Origin: a virus
IMG/VR virus record: IMGVR_UViG_3300037086_000398
Coordinates: 4,362 to 68,361 of that record
Direction: 5' to 3' (one strand)
Length of the DNA: 64,000 nucleotides
The notes under the pieces were generated by a model. That model worked only from the letters and a program-made list of their open reading frames with translations, had not been told where the DNA came from and did not search any database. This document shows, piece after piece, positions 7,716 through 17,082 of the stretch. A program made the translations under genes and the position numbers. Position 1 is the stretch's first letter; each line of letters begins with the position of its first letter.

Positions 7716-8081
7716 ATGAGTATGAAAGACATTGTTTTTGGGTCCTATAAGAGGTTGCAAGGATGGATTATTTTCTGTTGTGTCTTGTGTCTTCTTGTAG
7801 GATTTGTTTTTGGGCTTCTGTTTCCAATACCCAAAGTAGCCTTAGTTCCAAAAACAGCTCCAACGATCTTGGTGGAACAAACAGATGTTCCTTTCACTGT
7901 CGATTCGATAGGATTTTTTGATAGTTTCAATGCAGACGGCTGGAACCTTTCTCATTATAGAGACACTGAGAGATGGCGTATAATGGTATTTGTCAACGAC
8001 AATGTGACTATTCAGTATTCAGAGAAGTCATGGAATGCTTTGATAAAGGATTTGAAGGAGACAAAGTGGCCAGAAAGGTAA
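7716..8081 (+). CDS. membrane-anchored hypothetical protein
   Basis: N-terminal transmembrane helix 'WIIFCCVLCLLVGFVFGLLF'. Confidence 0.35.
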   Translation: MSMKDIVFGSYKRLQGWIIFCCVLCLLVGFVFGLLFPIPKVALVPKTAPTILVEQTDVPFTVDSIGFFDSFNADGWNLSHYRDTERWRIMVFVNDNVTIQYSEKSWNALIKDLKETKWPER

Positions 8082-9052
8082 TCTATCGAATAAAAATTGG
8101 ATCCGCCATGTATGGTCTGATGCATGCTGATTCTGACACAGATTACATGGAAGTATTCCTTCCGTCTCCTGAAGAGGTGCTTGGCCTTCATCCAATCGAC
8201 GAGGTAGACAATTCCACCAAGTCTTCTGGTTCTGAGACAAGGAACACCCCTGAAGATGTTGATGACAAGTCTTACTCTTATGCAAAGTATCTCCACATGT
8301 TGCTTGGAAACAACCCCAACATCGTTGAGACTATTTTCGCCAGAGACGACAATGTTCTCACTTCATCTGGAGACATTCAGGAACTTCTGATTCATCCTGA
8401 GAGAATCGTCTCCCAGAGAATCTCCAACAAGTTTTTTGGCTACGCCCTGTCTCAGAAGGCGAAGTTGAACGAGAAGTACAACCGGTATGAGTCGCTCAAA
8501 ACTGGTCTTGCTGAGATGGAAAAGATTTACGAACAGGCTCTTGGAAGACATTACGCCATTGACGAGATAGATTCAATTACTCTCAACAAGTTGCTAAAGT
8601 ACTACAAAAGTGGTCGTCAGCATGTGGAACGGTTCCACAAGGGACTCGACCTTGATATGATTCACGACCATGTGAAAAGTGAATTCGAGAACTATGGATG
8701 GAGAGTGAAGACCGATTCTTTCGAGAAGCTGCACTACGATCTGAAAAATGGATACCACACAATTCGTATCCTTGGCGAAGGAATCATCCTTCTAAAGACT
8801 GGTCACCTTGAGTATCCGATCTCTGGAAAACTTAGGGAAGACATTTTGGCCATTAGGGCTGGTACTGTCGAACTTGACCATCTTTACGAAATGTTCGATT
8901 CCTATAAAGTAGAATACGATAGGGCCGTCGAGGCCTGTACTCTTCGAAAGGATCCGGATTATGATTGGGCAAATAAGCTTCTTGTGGATGCTATGCAGCG
9001 CCACATTATAGATCAGACGGATGATGCTCTCATAAGAGCAATCAAACATTGA
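8030..9052 (+). CDS. predicted nucleotidyltransferase (Pol-beta superfamily, RlaP-like)
   Basis: 'IGSAMYGLMHADSDTDYMEVF' matches the hG[GS]x(9-13)DhD nucleotidyltransferase signature; start is approximate. Confidence 0.5.
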   Translation: MECFDKGFEGDKVARKVIYRIKIGSAMYGLMHADSDTDYMEVFLPSPEEVLGLHPIDEVDNSTKSSGSETRNTPEDVDDKSYSYAKYLHMLLGNNPNIVETIFARDDNVLTSSGDIQELLIHPERIVSQRISNKFFGYALSQKAKLNEKYNRYESLKTGLAEMEKIYEQALGRHYAIDEIDSITLNKLLKYYKSGRQHVERFHKGLDLDMIHDHVKSEFENYGWRVKTDSFEKLHYDLKNGYHTIRILGEGIILLKTGHLEYPISGKLREDILAIRAGTVELDHLYEMFDSYKVEYDRAVEACTLRKDPDYDWANKLLVDAMQRHIIDQTDDALIRAIKH

Positions 9053-9102
9053 AACAACGGCTCCTGAAAGGGAGCCGTTGTTATTTTGGCATATTTCTCT
9101 AT

Positions 9103-9615
9103 ATGAAAGAGCCACGAATAGCAGTATACCCTGGTAGTTTTGACCCTCCTACTCTGGGCCATTTATTGCTCATCTTAAAAGCGGCCAATATTTTCGACAA
9201 AGTCTATGTGATGATTGGTGTCAACCCTCAAAAACCAAATAATTTTCTCAGTCCAGAAATAAGAAAAGATCTTCTGGAAAAATCAATTTCTAGTTGTCTT
9301 CATGGTATACACAATATTGAGGTGGAAATTTATACCGGAGCCACTGTTCTCTTTTGTGTCGAGCACAGTGCCACCAACATTGTGCGTAGTTTTAGATCAG
9401 TGACCGACTTTGAGTATGAAAGATCTGTCGCCAGTGTCAATCTTAAACTTAAACCTGATATTCAAACGGTTTTTTTTCATCTTCCAGATGAAGCCAGTTG
9501 TATCAGTTCTTCAACAGTACGAGAGCTTTATAACCTAGGCCTATTGTACGATTTACGCAAGTTTGTCCCTGACGAAGTAGCTGAGCTGTTGATCAATAAA
9601 CACCATTCTAGTTAG
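9103..9615 (+). CDS. coaD: phosphopantetheine adenylyltransferase-like cytidylyltransferase (CoaD/PPAT family)
   Basis: 'IAVYPGSFDPPTLGHL' carries the (T/H)xGH nucleotidyltransferase motif; '...RSVTDFEYE...SSSTVRE' matches conserved PPAT motifs. Confidence 0.6.
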   Translation: MKEPRIAVYPGSFDPPTLGHLLLILKAANIFDKVYVMIGVNPQKPNNFLSPEIRKDLLEKSISSCLHGIHNIEVEIYTGATVLFCVEHSATNIVRSFRSVTDFEYERSVASVNLKLKPDIQTVFFHLPDEASCISSSTVRELYNLGLLYDLRKFVPDEVAELLINKHHSS

Positions 9616-9641
9616 GCATATTTTATACAGGAGGATCACGA

Positions 9642-9815
9642 ATGGACAATGACAGAATTGAGTGTCCGAACTGTCTCAGGGGACAGATGATGGAAGTCAA
9701 AGACAAAGATGACAAGTGGACCGAATACCAGTGCAGGAAATGTAGATCTCTGAAAGTTCTGATGAAACCTGATCCTGTCTGCATCACTTTTACCCGACAA
9801 ACACAAGGAGATTGA
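9642..9815 (+). CDS. small zinc-ribbon protein (57 aa)
   Basis: 'ECPNCLRG...CRKCRS'; RBS aggagg lies 7 nt upstream. Found by hand. Confidence 0.4.
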   Translation: MDNDRIECPNCLRGQMMEVKDKDDKWTEYQCRKCRSLKVLMKPDPVCITFTRQTQGD

Positions 9816-9816
9816 C

Positions 9817-10116
9817 ATGGCTCTAGATCTCGACAGCTATAAGCAAGGTCTTGAAACTGGCCTTAAGCAGGCACCCAAAACTATCGTAAGGACAACGAAG
9901 AAGAGTTGGTCGATTCCAACAGTTCTTTTCATCGTTTTTCTCATCCTAAAGCTCACCCACACCGTTGATTGGAGCTGGTGGATAATCACTCTTCCACTGT
10001 GGATAGGACCAGCTTTTGTAATCGGTGTGATGGCGGCCATTGGAGGAGTCATTCTCGCAATCCTAGCAGTTGTGGGAGTTATTGCCCTCATTGCGTGGAT
10101 TTTTGGTGGACGATGA
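9817..10116 (+). CDS. membrane protein
   Basis: Three predicted transmembrane helices. Confidence 0.4.
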   Translation: MALDLDSYKQGLETGLKQAPKTIVRTTKKSWSIPTVLFIVFLILKLTHTVDWSWWIITLPLWIGPAFVIGVMAAIGGVILAILAVVGVIALIAWIFGGR

Positions 10117-10117
10117 A

Positions 10118-10546
10118 ATGACAGATGATTTAGAAAAAAAGTTGGCCACGCATTTCAATTTCTTCAACTTCCTGAATCCAGAGTTCGGATTTGAGTGTGC
10201 AGACGGATGGTTTCAAATCATTTGGGATCTATGCGAAGATCTCGACAAAATGGAAAGAGAAAGGTGGGCTGCAATCCCTGCAGATGAGAAGGCCAAGATT
10301 TTTCTTGAAGGAGGAAATCCTGGCCTTCAAGTTATTCAAGTCAAAGAAAAGTTTGGAACTCTCAGATTCTATGTTGAAAACTCAGACGACAAGATGTACA
10401 AGAGGATAAGTGAAGCTGAAAAAGCTTCTGCTGTCACGTGTGAGGTTTGTGGAAAACCTGGAACATTGACTGGAAAATCATGGGTCAGAACAACTTGTCC
10501 AGAGCATACGAAGAAAGATAAAGATGTTGATACAAGTATTTCATGA
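10118..10546 (+). CDS. hypothetical protein with C-terminal Cys cluster
   Basis: 'TCEVCGKPG...TCPEH'. Confidence 0.35.
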   Translation: MTDDLEKKLATHFNFFNFLNPEFGFECADGWFQIIWDLCEDLDKMERERWAAIPADEKAKIFLEGGNPGLQVIQVKEKFGTLRFYVENSDDKMYKRISEAEKASAVTCEVCGKPGTLTGKSWVRTTCPEHTKKDKDVDTSIS

Positions 10547-10955
10547 TGTTGTAATGGATCATTCTCTCATATTCGAAATCAGACAGAAAGTAATTGATCC
10601 ACCAAAGCCTGAGGAAAAGAAAGAAGAACCAACGACACAGCCAGTGTCTCTAAAAAAGACACTTTGGAACAAGAAAGAGCGGCTTGAACAACAAGAAAAA
10701 GAAAGAGAAGAATCAGCTCGCAAGGCTTTAGAGCTTTTAGAGAACAAGCCCGCATCAACTCCACAATCTCCGAGAGAATATGGAGTTGAAATTCATTATT
10801 GGACCGACAAAGCTGGAACCAATTCTTCGAGTATATACAACCACCTAGACCGAACAAGGCCTACGGCCTTAGCGCATATTGACCATCTTACAAGGTTGAT
10901 CAACAAATACAATGCTGCAGAGAAAAGAAAACCAAAGCCAAAAGGAAAAAAGTAA
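10524..10955 (+). CDS. hypothetical protein, paralog A of a tandem pair
   Basis: N-terminus 'MLIQVFHDVVMDHSLIFEIRQK' is shared with the next gene. Confidence 0.4.
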   Translation: MLIQVFHDVVMDHSLIFEIRQKVIDPPKPEEKKEEPTTQPVSLKKTLWNKKERLEQQEKEREESARKALELLENKPASTPQSPREYGVEIHYWTDKAGTNSSSIYNHLDRTRPTALAHIDHLTRLINKYNAAEKRKPKPKGKK

Positions 10956-11248
10956 TGTTGGTACAAGTTTTTCACGACTATTGGATTGAACACAATCTCG
11001 TGATTGATGTTCATCTCAAAATCCTTGGAGAAGACAAACAAGCTCCCCTAAATGAGCACAGTGGTCAATCACCACACAGGTATGCTATTGAAGTCACTTA
11101 TTTTTCATCCCCAAATAAAAGTGTTAGAACACTAGTTCGCAGTTTTCCAGAACCAGAAGATTATCAGACTGTTGTAAAAGAACTAAATAAGATAGCTAGA
11201 AAGATAAACAGTCTAAAGAGAAAAGAAATCCAATCGGTTGAAAAATAA
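10955..11248 (+). CDS. hypothetical protein, paralog B of a tandem pair
   Basis: 'MLVQVFHDYWIEHNLVIDVHLK'. Confidence 0.4.
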   Translation: MLVQVFHDYWIEHNLVIDVHLKILGEDKQAPLNEHSGQSPHRYAIEVTYFSSPNKSVRTLVRSFPEPEDYQTVVKELNKIARKINSLKRKEIQSVEK

Positions 11249-11253
11249 CGCAT

Positions 11254-12360
11254 ATGACAAAAAGGGATTACTACGAAGTTTTAGGCATTGATAAAACAGC
11301 TTCTAAAGACGATATCAAAAAGGCCTATAGAAAATTAGCCCTCCAGTTCCATCCGGATAGAAACCAAGACAAACAAGCCGAAGAACAATTCAAAGAAGCC
11401 ACAGAGGCCTATGATATTCTCATGGATTCTGGCAAGCGGGCTCAATATGATCAATTTGGTTTTGGTGGATTGAATCAGAATGGATTCCGTCCAAATCCAC
11501 AAAACTATCGTGGATTTGAAGACATTTTTGGTGGCATGCCGTTTAATGATTTTTTCAATCGAGCATGGGGTGGAGAAAACCCATTTAACAGTTTCTTTGG
11601 TGGTGGAATCCCAAAACAGAATAGAGTTCTTGTTGGAGCTGATGCTCAATACCGTCTCAATTTCGAATTAAAAGACGTTCTTCACGAAAAGAAAATAGAG
11701 TTCGATTTTCCAAGAAAAGAGATTTGTGACACGTGTCATGGTAATGGAATAGCTTCAGACGGCAAAGAAACAATGTGTCCAGCGTGTGGTGGTAGAGGAC
11801 GTATCAGAACCAAACAACAAGGATTCTTTGTCATGGAAATGGGATGCCAGAGATGTGGTGGAACAGGTATGACCATTGACAAGCCTTGCCATACATGCAA
11901 GGGCGAGAAGTTAGTATTAAAAACAAAAACCGTCAAGATCAGGATTCCTTCAGGAATTAGTGATGGGGCAACTCTGAAGCTCAACGGTGAGGGACATCAG
12001 AGTCCAAATGGTGGCCCTTCTGGTGATTTATATATAACCGTAAAAGTAAAATCTCATCCTCACTTTAAGCGTCAGGGAAACTCTCTTCATTGCATTGCTG
12101 AGGTTCCATTTGTTCAAGCAATTTTAGGAGATACAATTCCATTGGTTTGGATAGATGATACAACATTGCTTATTGTTGTTCCTTCTAACACTAAAAATGG
12201 AGAAGTCATAAAAATACCCGGAAAGGGCATTGCTGGAGACACTCTCTTTATCAATGTCATAATCAAAATGCCTAAGACCCTGACAGACAGTCAGAAGCAG
12301 GCCATTAAATCACTGAATCTTGAAAAAGATGTCAGTATGCAGCTCAAGGAGATAAGCTGA
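11254..12360 (+). CDS. dnaJ: DnaJ (Hsp40) chaperone, full-length type I
   Basis: J domain with HPD ('LALQFHPDRN'), a Gly/Phe-rich linker, four CxxCxGxG zinc-finger repeats ('CDTCHGNG', 'CPACGGRG', 'CQRCGGTG', 'CHTCKGEK'), and a C-terminal domain. Confidence 0.85.
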   Translation: MTKRDYYEVLGIDKTASKDDIKKAYRKLALQFHPDRNQDKQAEEQFKEATEAYDILMDSGKRAQYDQFGFGGLNQNGFRPNPQNYRGFEDIFGGMPFNDFFNRAWGGENPFNSFFGGGIPKQNRVLVGADAQYRLNFELKDVLHEKKIEFDFPRKEICDTCHGNGIASDGKETMCPACGGRGRIRTKQQGFFVMEMGCQRCGGTGMTIDKPCHTCKGEKLVLKTKTVKIRIPSGISDGATLKLNGEGHQSPNGGPSGDLYITVKVKSHPHFKRQGNSLHCIAEVPFVQAILGDTIPLVWIDDTTLLIVVPSNTKNGEVIKIPGKGIAGDTLFINVIIKMPKTLTDSQKQAIKSLNLEKDVSMQLKEIS

Positions 12361-12833
12361 TGTGGTTACTATTGATTCTTATTTTTCTTTTCTTTGCGGC
12401 AGCCACTCTTTTGAAAGTTCTCAAGAATTTAAATTCGGTGGTTTTCTTTCTTGCTTTTATTCTTAGTTTGGGAACATTTTTCACTATAGGAACCTATAAT
12501 GTTAAGACGACAAGCAAGCTTCCATCCAAAGTTGATGAGATTCCAATCTATTTCATGAAAGATGTAAAAACTGATCGAGATCCATTTGTTATAGGAATTA
12601 AAGACATTTCAACAAATAGTTTTTATTTCTATCTCAAGGATGGTAATCTTCTCAGAAAAATGGACTTGAAGGTAGAAAATTTGAAGGTCGTCGATAAGGA
12701 TGTTTCGCCCATGTTAACCGCCATTTCAAAAACTGATGTTACGGGGTGGTTAAGTCTAGGATTGAGTGGATCGACCTCATATCAGATACGGCTTCCAGTT
12801 TCACTTGTTACTAAAGTGTCCCCTCAACAATAG
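12360..12833 (+). CDS. membrane-anchored hypothetical protein
   Basis: Two N-terminal transmembrane helices; ATGA-coupled to dnaJ. Confidence 0.4.
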   Translation: MWLLLILIFLFFAAATLLKVLKNLNSVVFFLAFILSLGTFFTIGTYNVKTTSKLPSKVDEIPIYFMKDVKTDRDPFVIGIKDISTNSFYFYLKDGNLLRKMDLKVENLKVVDKDVSPMLTAISKTDVTGWLSLGLSGSTSYQIRLPVSLVTKVSPQQ

Positions 12834-12959
12834 AATTAGGAAGCCTTCTCTCCTTGTTGCCTTTTTCCCATCTATCATTTACAAGGAGGGCAAGAACATC
12901 ATTCATTGTCTTATTTTCCCTCATTGCAACTATTTTCAGCTTTTTCCAAGTTTCCAAAT

Positions 12960-13267
12960 CAATTTGAACAGGTTTCCTAATTGCCATGTTTTCTCCTCTA
13001 CATAGAATTATGCCAAGTTTTGGATACTAGTATATTTGTTTTACAATTATTCAACTTTTTGAAATTGGATCATTATGATTCACATTATTAGACAAAATGA
13101 TACAGTGATCATTTTACTGTTCCAATAAGAAACTAGTTTCATGAAATAGCTTCAAAAGTGTATCAAAAAGAAACAAAGCAAAGAAGTGTCAAAAGGATGA
13201 CCAAATCAATTTTTTTCTAGAAAAGCAAAGTTATTATTGTAAACCAAAAATAAAGGAGGGCTATACA
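12960..13267 (+). promoter_or_regulatory. long AT-rich intergenic region, probable promoter region upstream of hsp20
   Basis: A ~300-nt non-coding stretch with TTGAAA/TTTACA-like hexamers and an RBS 'aaaggaggg' before the ATG at 13268. No promoter could be mapped precisely. Confidence 0.3.
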
Positions 13268-13666
13268 ATGTATCCTATGGAAAGACTTATGAGAGAGTTT
13301 CTAGGCGAAGGCCTTAATACAGCGCGCAAGTGGGCCTATCAATGTGGGGCCAAACCACTCCACACACATTGGGATGAGAAAGACGGTAGTTACATCGTAA
13401 GTTCAGAAGTACCAGGTCTTGAAAAGGACAGGGTGACGGTGACCTACAAGGACGATTACCTCACCGTCAAAGCTGACTATAGTACTGAGGATGAAGAGAA
13501 GTGTGAGTGTGGTTGCATGAGAACTGGGGAGTACTCCTTTAACGGCTATTTCCCTGGAATCGATGCTTCAAAAATCGACGCTCAGTTGAAAAACGGAATT
13601 CTCACAATCACTCTACCAAAGGGCGCTGAAGTTGCTGGTACCACCATCGACATAAAAAGCGAATAA
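13268..13666 (+). CDS. small heat shock protein (Hsp20/alpha-crystallin family)
   Basis: C-terminal alpha-crystallin-domain motif 'AQLKNGILTITLPK'; length 132 aa. Confidence 0.7.
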   Translation: MYPMERLMREFLGEGLNTARKWAYQCGAKPLHTHWDEKDGSYIVSSEVPGLEKDRVTVTYKDDYLTVKADYSTEDEEKCECGCMRTGEYSFNGYFPGIDASKIDAQLKNGILTITLPKGAEVAGTTIDIKSE

Positions 13667-13707
13667 CTCCACAAATTGGAGTTGGTCATTTCTTCCCTAA
13701 GAGAGAA

Positions 13708-13737
13708 GGAGACCTGGAAACAGGTCTCCTTTTTTTG
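13708..13737 (+). terminator. rho-independent terminator
   Basis: 'ggagacctg-gaaa-caggtctcc' followed by TTTTTTT. Confidence 0.75.
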
Positions 13738-13751
13738 TAAGATAAACTTAT

Positions 13752-14102
13752 ATGAATGATTTCATTATTGATATGAGCATGCATCTGACTGGAAAACTCT
13801 TTGTAGCTACTGAGAGTGGAAAAACCTCTATCCTTTGGGTATTGAAAGACGTCTATGATTTTCAACACAGCGCTGATCAGGATGCCCTTTTAGTTCATCT
13901 CTATTGTGATGAAAACATTATGACTGATAAACTTCACTACCTACAACTCAACAAAGTCATCACGTCTGATAGTTGGGACATTGTTGGATACGGTGACTTT
14001 GGATTTCAAGAATCAAACTTAGACCAAAAACGGCTGCTTATATCAACTATCTTCAATTCACTTGAAATAAGAGAAAATACAAAATGGAAGTTGGCGACGT
14101 AA
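13752..14102 (+). CDS. hypothetical protein
   Basis: 116-aa ORF. Confidence 0.35.
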   Translation: MNDFIIDMSMHLTGKLFVATESGKTSILWVLKDVYDFQHSADQDALLVHLYCDENIMTDKLHYLQLNKVITSDSWDIVGYGDFGFQESNLDQKRLLISTIFNSLEIRENTKWKLAT

Positions 14103-14332
14103 TTCTCTACATTGGAGCATGGGTTGTTGTTGAAGTGAGGGAGGGGGACGCTCGTGGTCTCTCTTTTGATGCGACTTGGAGCAAACCAGACCTCAACACC
14201 CTTCATATTCATGAGAGATGGATCGATCACGGTGCTGTTATGGCAGGAAAAAAACAGGGAGAAGAATATAGACACCAAGCAGTGTCCAGTATTTTTTTAG
14301 CTAAAAAGGTAACATTGGCTTGGTCGCAATAG
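14084..14332 (+). CDS. hypothetical protein
   Basis: 82-aa ORF. Confidence 0.3.
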   Translation: MEVGDVILYIGAWVVVEVREGDARGLSFDATWSKPDLNTLHIHERWIDHGAVMAGKKQGEEYRHQAVSSIFLAKKVTLAWSQ

Positions 14333-14847
14333 GGTCCTTACAGCATACTTCCTTAGAGAGGTATATGATGGGAGTGTCAATCTTTTTCATAGGGTTTGTT
14401 GGTCTAATTTCTAGTGGAACACTCATTTGTATGATCTACAGCCAGACAAAGGGTGAGAAAGAATTCAAATTCAAGCATTGGTTCGCGCTTTCAGTTTTTG
14501 TTGCATTTGTTGCTCTGATGATTGGAGTTAGCACTATGGAAACCGACATTAGCAAAATGTCGATCACACTCAGTGATAAAAAACTTTCAATTTCAGCAAA
14601 AGAAGCTGCGGACATTCAAGCAATGTGGAGAATTGGTTCTGAGATTCCTGGATACGATTTGATGGTCAGCGATGGAAAAGGGGGCCTTTCTCTTACCAAC
14701 TATCAGATTGACAAATTTTCTATTGAAGGCAATGATCTCTATATTCGTGAGATTGTCAAGAGAAGTCCGAGTGGATTCTTCAATTTCCGAAACACTAGGA
14801 CGGTACATTACCTCGTTCTTCCTGAAAGGGTTTTACCAAATAAATGA
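14320..14847 (+). CDS. membrane protein
   Basis: Two transmembrane helices near the N-terminus. Confidence 0.35.
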   Translation: MVAIGSLQHTSLERYMMGVSIFFIGFVGLISSGTLICMIYSQTKGEKEFKFKHWFALSVFVAFVALMIGVSTMETDISKMSITLSDKKLSISAKEAADIQAMWRIGSEIPGYDLMVSDGKGGLSLTNYQIDKFSIEGNDLYIREIVKRSPSGFFNFRNTRTVHYLVLPERVLPNK

Positions 14848-15458
14848 AGTTTCGAACAGGTTTTGTCAGCAATTCATCTGCCGCCTCATTCATAGTCAAA
14901 TTTACTACTTCTCTCAAGAAGAGTGAAGTTGCAAAAGCCATCAAAGTCTGTCACCAATGGATAGCGGACAATTGGGACAATGGTGCCCCAACAACTTTTT
15001 CATTTCCAAACAAGCAAGGCAAACAAATAATCTTTAAAAATCCACCACCTCTTCTTCGGAGAAAGCTCAAGAAGGTGGGAGATCACTATGAATGGTATGC
15101 TGACACTTCTATGTTTAATGATTGGCGCGACGTCTCAGAATGGCCATTCATCAGAATGATTTCTGAAGATAAATATCCTGGAATCAAATTGATTGAAATT
15201 GAACAAACTGAGGATGGCAACGATGGTGATATTCCTCGTATTGCAACATATGACCCTAGAACCTTTGAAACCGAATGGTATGAAGAGGAGCATTTCAAAA
15301 AGACCGAACGAGCAGAAAAGAAGAAGGAAGCTGAAAAAAGTCAAAAAAAGGTAGAAATTGAGTATCTCATCTATCTCTCTAATCTTGGTGTTATAGAGCT
15401 TACCGATGATCAAATTGTCCTCGTTGCCAAGCACCATCTCAAAAACGAAAAAGACTAA
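14844..15458 (+). CDS. hypothetical protein
   Basis: 204-aa ORF, ATGA-coupled, with a Lys/Glu-rich C-terminus. Confidence 0.4.
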   Translation: MKFRTGFVSNSSAASFIVKFTTSLKKSEVAKAIKVCHQWIADNWDNGAPTTFSFPNKQGKQIIFKNPPPLLRRKLKKVGDHYEWYADTSMFNDWRDVSEWPFIRMISEDKYPGIKLIEIEQTEDGNDGDIPRIATYDPRTFETEWYEEEHFKKTERAEKKKEAEKSQKKVEIEYLIYLSNLGVIELTDDQIVLVAKHHLKNEKD

Positions 15459-15519
15459 TCATTTCATCCATCCTACATAAAGATAACCTTGTAATTTAAA
15501 AGTTTTCTGGAGGCTGATA

Positions 15520-15924
15520 ATGAACACACAATTACTGAACGCTATCCACAGATATGCTGAGGACAGGGAAATCGACTATAAGGCTGCTCAATACATTGGA
15601 GAGCAGTTCGGTAAGAGATTCTCCTCCCAGGAAGAGCTTGTCGAGTGGAAACAACTTATTGACAGATACCTCAAGGCCTTTGAAACAAAGGATTTTGAAC
15701 TTATTGAAAGAGCCCTAGATGAAAAGAAGGCCAAGAAGGACGATGAAAAAGAGAAAGAGGAAGAGGAAGAGGAAGAAGAGGATGAGGATGAAGATGAAGA
15801 CGACGATGAGGACGACGAGGATTGGGATGAAGACGAAGACGAAGAAGCAGACGAAGAAGAGGATGAGGAAGAAGAGGAAGAGGAAGAAGAGCCTAAGGAT
15901 AAGAAGAAAAAAAAAGTAAAGTAG
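15520..15924 (+). CDS. highly acidic protein with poly-Glu/Asp tail
   Basis: A ~60-residue E/D run ending in KKKKKVK; RBS 'ggaggctgataATG'. Confidence 0.45.
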   Translation: MNTQLLNAIHRYAEDREIDYKAAQYIGEQFGKRFSSQEELVEWKQLIDRYLKAFETKDFELIERALDEKKAKKDDEKEKEEEEEEEEDEDEDEDDDEDDEDWDEDEDEEADEEEDEEEEEEEEEPKDKKKKKVK

Positions 15925-15935
15925 AAGAACAGGTG

Positions 15936-16076
15936 ATGGGTGCAAACAATATTCCAATGGCTAATTTTGGTAAGAAGAAATCATTCCATGCTGGAATCCC
16001 TATTGCTAAATTTGGTAAGAAAAAAGATGATCCAAATTCAAAATTGCATGCCAGCATTCCTGTTGCTGAATACTAA
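15936..16076 (+). CDS. small basic peptide with internal repeat (46 aa)
   Basis: 'ANFGKKKSFHAGIPIAKFGKKKDDPNSKLHASIPVAEY' repeats the unit (FGKKK...IP.A) three times. Found by hand. Confidence 0.3.
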   Translation: MGANNIPMANFGKKKSFHAGIPIAKFGKKKDDPNSKLHASIPVAEY

Positions 16077-16097
16077 GAATTAAGAAACAAATAGAAA

Positions 16098-16120
16098 CCG
16101 GCCACATGGCCGGTTTTTTT
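16098..16120 (+). terminator. rho-independent terminator
   Basis: 'ccggccacatggccgg' followed by TTTTTTT. Confidence 0.75.
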
Positions 16121-16201
16121 ATGCACCAAAAGAACATTTTGCTCATAGAGATGCTAAAGATAAAAGTATATTCACTTCTATAAGCTTGACAGGAGTCTGC
16201 T

Positions 16202-16714
16202 ATGGACGATTACAGAAAAGATTATCAAAAATGGGTAAAGGCTATTCCAAGTATTTTGGACGAACAAAAAAAGGAAAAGCCTAGTGTTAAAGACGACCTC
16301 GACGTCGAACTTGGAAAGCACAATGACAAGCTCGAGAAGCTAAAGCAAGACAAGCTCAACATGCTCATTAAGAGAAAGTATTACGAAAACGACGAGAGCA
16401 TCGAGGACGATAAGATGTTCCAATTCCACTTTAGGGACAAAGGTGAAGGCTATGAATTCACTATGCCTCTAAATATTCTCTTCGGTGAAAAGACACAAGA
16501 TTATTGTGCAAAATTCTGGGATGATTTCTTTGCACAGGCCGACATAAAGACCAGTTTCAAAGACAACATCAAAGCTGCTCTAGAGCAAACTGGTGGAATT
16601 CACCTCACTATGAAAATCAACAAGGGAATGAACAAGGAAGTTGGTGGACCAAAGGGAGAAGAGAGTGGTGAGCCAGTTCCTGACACTAATCCGAATGCAG
16701 AGGAACAAGAATGA
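16202..16714 (+). CDS. hypothetical protein
   Basis: 170-aa ORF. Confidence 0.4.
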   Translation: MDDYRKDYQKWVKAIPSILDEQKKEKPSVKDDLDVELGKHNDKLEKLKQDKLNMLIKRKYYENDESIEDDKMFQFHFRDKGEGYEFTMPLNILFGEKTQDYCAKFWDDFFAQADIKTSFKDNIKAALEQTGGIHLTMKINKGMNKEVGGPKGEESGEPVPDTNPNAEEQE

Positions 16715-17082
16715 ATTTAGACGAGCTTAAAAATAAGCTTGCGCAAGAACTCGACTTAGCAGATGATGAATTAGAAGATGATTCTGAAGAAGATGAGGAT
16801 GAGGAAGAAAAGCGCGGACCTGATGAAATTGATGCTCCAAAGAAAAAGGGGCTATATAGTGCCAGAAGGGCTGTAGAATACAGATCTACTGCTCGTAAGA
16901 CTAGGGGCAAGGTTTTCTATATGTACTATGATATAGACTACAAGGATCTAGCCGACTATATGACCCAAGAAGTTTCAGGCGTCACTTGGACCATACAAAA
17001 AGCTAGGAGGGTTTTCAGAGCAATTAGAAAATATATTGGCTTTAGTGATCCAAGACGCGATAAAAAGTCTTCTAATAAATAA
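16711..17082 (+). CDS. acidic hypothetical protein
   Basis: N-terminal D/E-rich stretch and a basic C-terminus. Confidence 0.4.
   Translation: MNLDELKNKLAQELDLADDELEDDSEEDEDEEEKRGPDEIDAPKKKGLYSARRAVEYRSTARKTRGKVFYMYYDIDYKDLADYMTQEVSGVTWTIQKARRVFRAIRKYIGFSDPRRDKKSSNK

Noticed and set aside
9636-9818. 60-aa minus-strand ORF
   Set aside because: It overlaps a + strand zinc-ribbon ORF (9642-9815) that has a strong RBS (aggagg).
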